From contig LSRY02000035.1 in the NCBI GenBank assembly GCA_001643675.2, positions 744,001-808,000 of the forward strand: 64,000 bases of DNA, written 5' to 3'. Each line of letters begins with the position of its first letter. Position 1 is the first letter of the stretch. The notes under the pieces are model-generated. The model saw nothing but the letters and a program-made list of their open reading frames with translations, had not been told where the DNA came from and made no database searches. Source of the stretch: Monocercomonoides exilis PA203 (taxonomy: Eukaryota > Protista > Preaxostyla). The translations under genes were made by a program, and so were the position numbers. Of the stretch, positions 62,599 to 64,000 are shown piece by piece.

Positions 62599-64000
62599 AT
62601 GATGAGCATTTTGAGTTTGGGGAAAAATCGTAAGCTATCAAGGGATAAAACATTAAGTGAATTAGGCGTGCATGTTAGTGGAGTAAGCGAAGAAAAGAAA
62701 GATGAGCTGTTTGAATTAATGAAAGAAACAGCTAATCTTCTCTGTGGAATTGTGCGTGGAACGATGAAAGAAGAAATCGAGGGTATTCTGAAGGAAGAAT
62801 ATGGAATGAGCGAAGGAGACGCATCCACAATCGCTGAAGAAGTTATCGCTGAATATGGCTTGTTATCAAATTTTCAAAAACAATTTCAAATAATAAAATG
62901 TCAAAATCTTTTATTGCTTTGTTGTTGTTGTTGTTATTTTTTAGCTTCAAGCGGTTTGCCAAAGAAAAAAGGTGGGGCAGCTTTTGCTTTTGGGAAGGCA
63001 AGAACATCGAGTCAAGCAAATGGGAAATTTTCTGTTCCATCAGCATTTTCTTCGAAAACAGCAAGCTCTTCAAGCACTGACAAAGCTGCTCCAAAGCCAT
63101 TCATGTCGTCATTACCACCAACGGAGAGTTCGGGGACTTTTGGTGGCCCTTCGAAGTTCCCGCCTTCGTTTGGAAGTGCGATGCAAGGGCCTGGGCCAAT
63201 GTTGTCAACTGGACTTTCCGCAGCTGGTCCTTTTTCCTCTGGAATCTCTTTAGCTTTACCAGTTTCTGACGAGCCTTCACTTTCTGTGCCAAGCATGGCT
63301 CCACCAGGATTTCCTGCGCCTGGATTTTCGTCTTCTTCATTTGGGGGTCATTTGTTGATTCCTCCATTTAATCCCTCTGATGAGTCGAGCCCTTTTATCG
63401 GAACATCAGCCAGGATGATTGAAGATGAAGAGAAATTGCAAAAAGAAGAAGATAAAAAAGGGAAAAAGAAAGAGAGAAAACAAGAAAAGAAAAGCAAGAG
63501 CGACAGCGACTCTGACAGTGACTCTGACAGCGATGAGGGATCAGATGACTCAGAGGCGTCTGAAGATGAAAGTGGCTCTGATGAAAGTGGTTCTGATGAA
63601 AGTGGCGCTGATTCATCATCATCGTCGTCGTCAGATGGAGGAAAAGGAAAAGAAGGATATAAAGAAAACAAAAAGCCAGTGAAGGGAAGTTTGCATTCTT
63701 TATTTAAATAAAAGATTTTGCTATTTTACGTATTATGTATTTTTTTATTCATTTATTCATTTATTTATTTATTTTGAAATATTTTGTTGTTCGTTATTCA
63801 TTGTAAGAAATGAGAGGGCCACTTCATTTTCTCCCTGAAGAGACAGCTGGGTATAATTCGTCGTTTGACGCAAATATTCAGTTGTTTCAGAAGGAGCGCC
63901 GTATTCGTGTGAATAGATCGTTTTCTGTACCTGTTTGTTTGGGCAATCCATTCAACAAAGGCATTTGGCGTGTGGATCTGCTTGTGGAAGAGGCCAATCC
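62599..64000 (+). CDS. Unknown protein: helical N-terminus, Pro/Phe/Gly-rich region, Lys-rich then (SD)n acidic tract; continues beyond the window
   Basis: ORF 62599-63711. A phase-1 intron 63689-63807 joins to an exon open to the window end (KMRGPLHFLPEE...NPFNKGIWRVDLLVEEAN). Start uncertain. Confidence 0.65.

Overview
AT-rich, intron-rich eukaryotic DNA in the standard genetic code (short GT-AG introns, Ser-rich low-complexity proteins). It resembles an oxymonad such as Monocercomonoides, but that is inferred from sequence style only. The left ~20 kb is accessory: three copies of one alpha-helical gene family (two pseudogenised), a decayed pogo-type DD35D transposase, a degenerate foldback palindrome, an (AAT)59 tract, a type-I membrane protein ending in CCCS, and an apparently intact 4.57-kb DIRS-type tyrosine-recombinase retrotransposon (8381-12953). 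The right ~44 kb is gene-dense housekeeping DNA: PP2A scaffold subunit A, a TFIIIC subunit-6-like gene, a ~7,600-aa VPS13, UBA1, PUS10, histone H1, EHD/RME-1 and a truncated unknown gene. The DIRS element is the most interesting object. Its internal complementary region (ICR) folds into a ~96-nt hairpin, and the inferred crossover sits at the base of the inner stem. Its recombinase has YSIK in place of the HxxR motif. GATC sites cluster in its terminal repeats, and it encodes a Dam-like methyltransferase domain.
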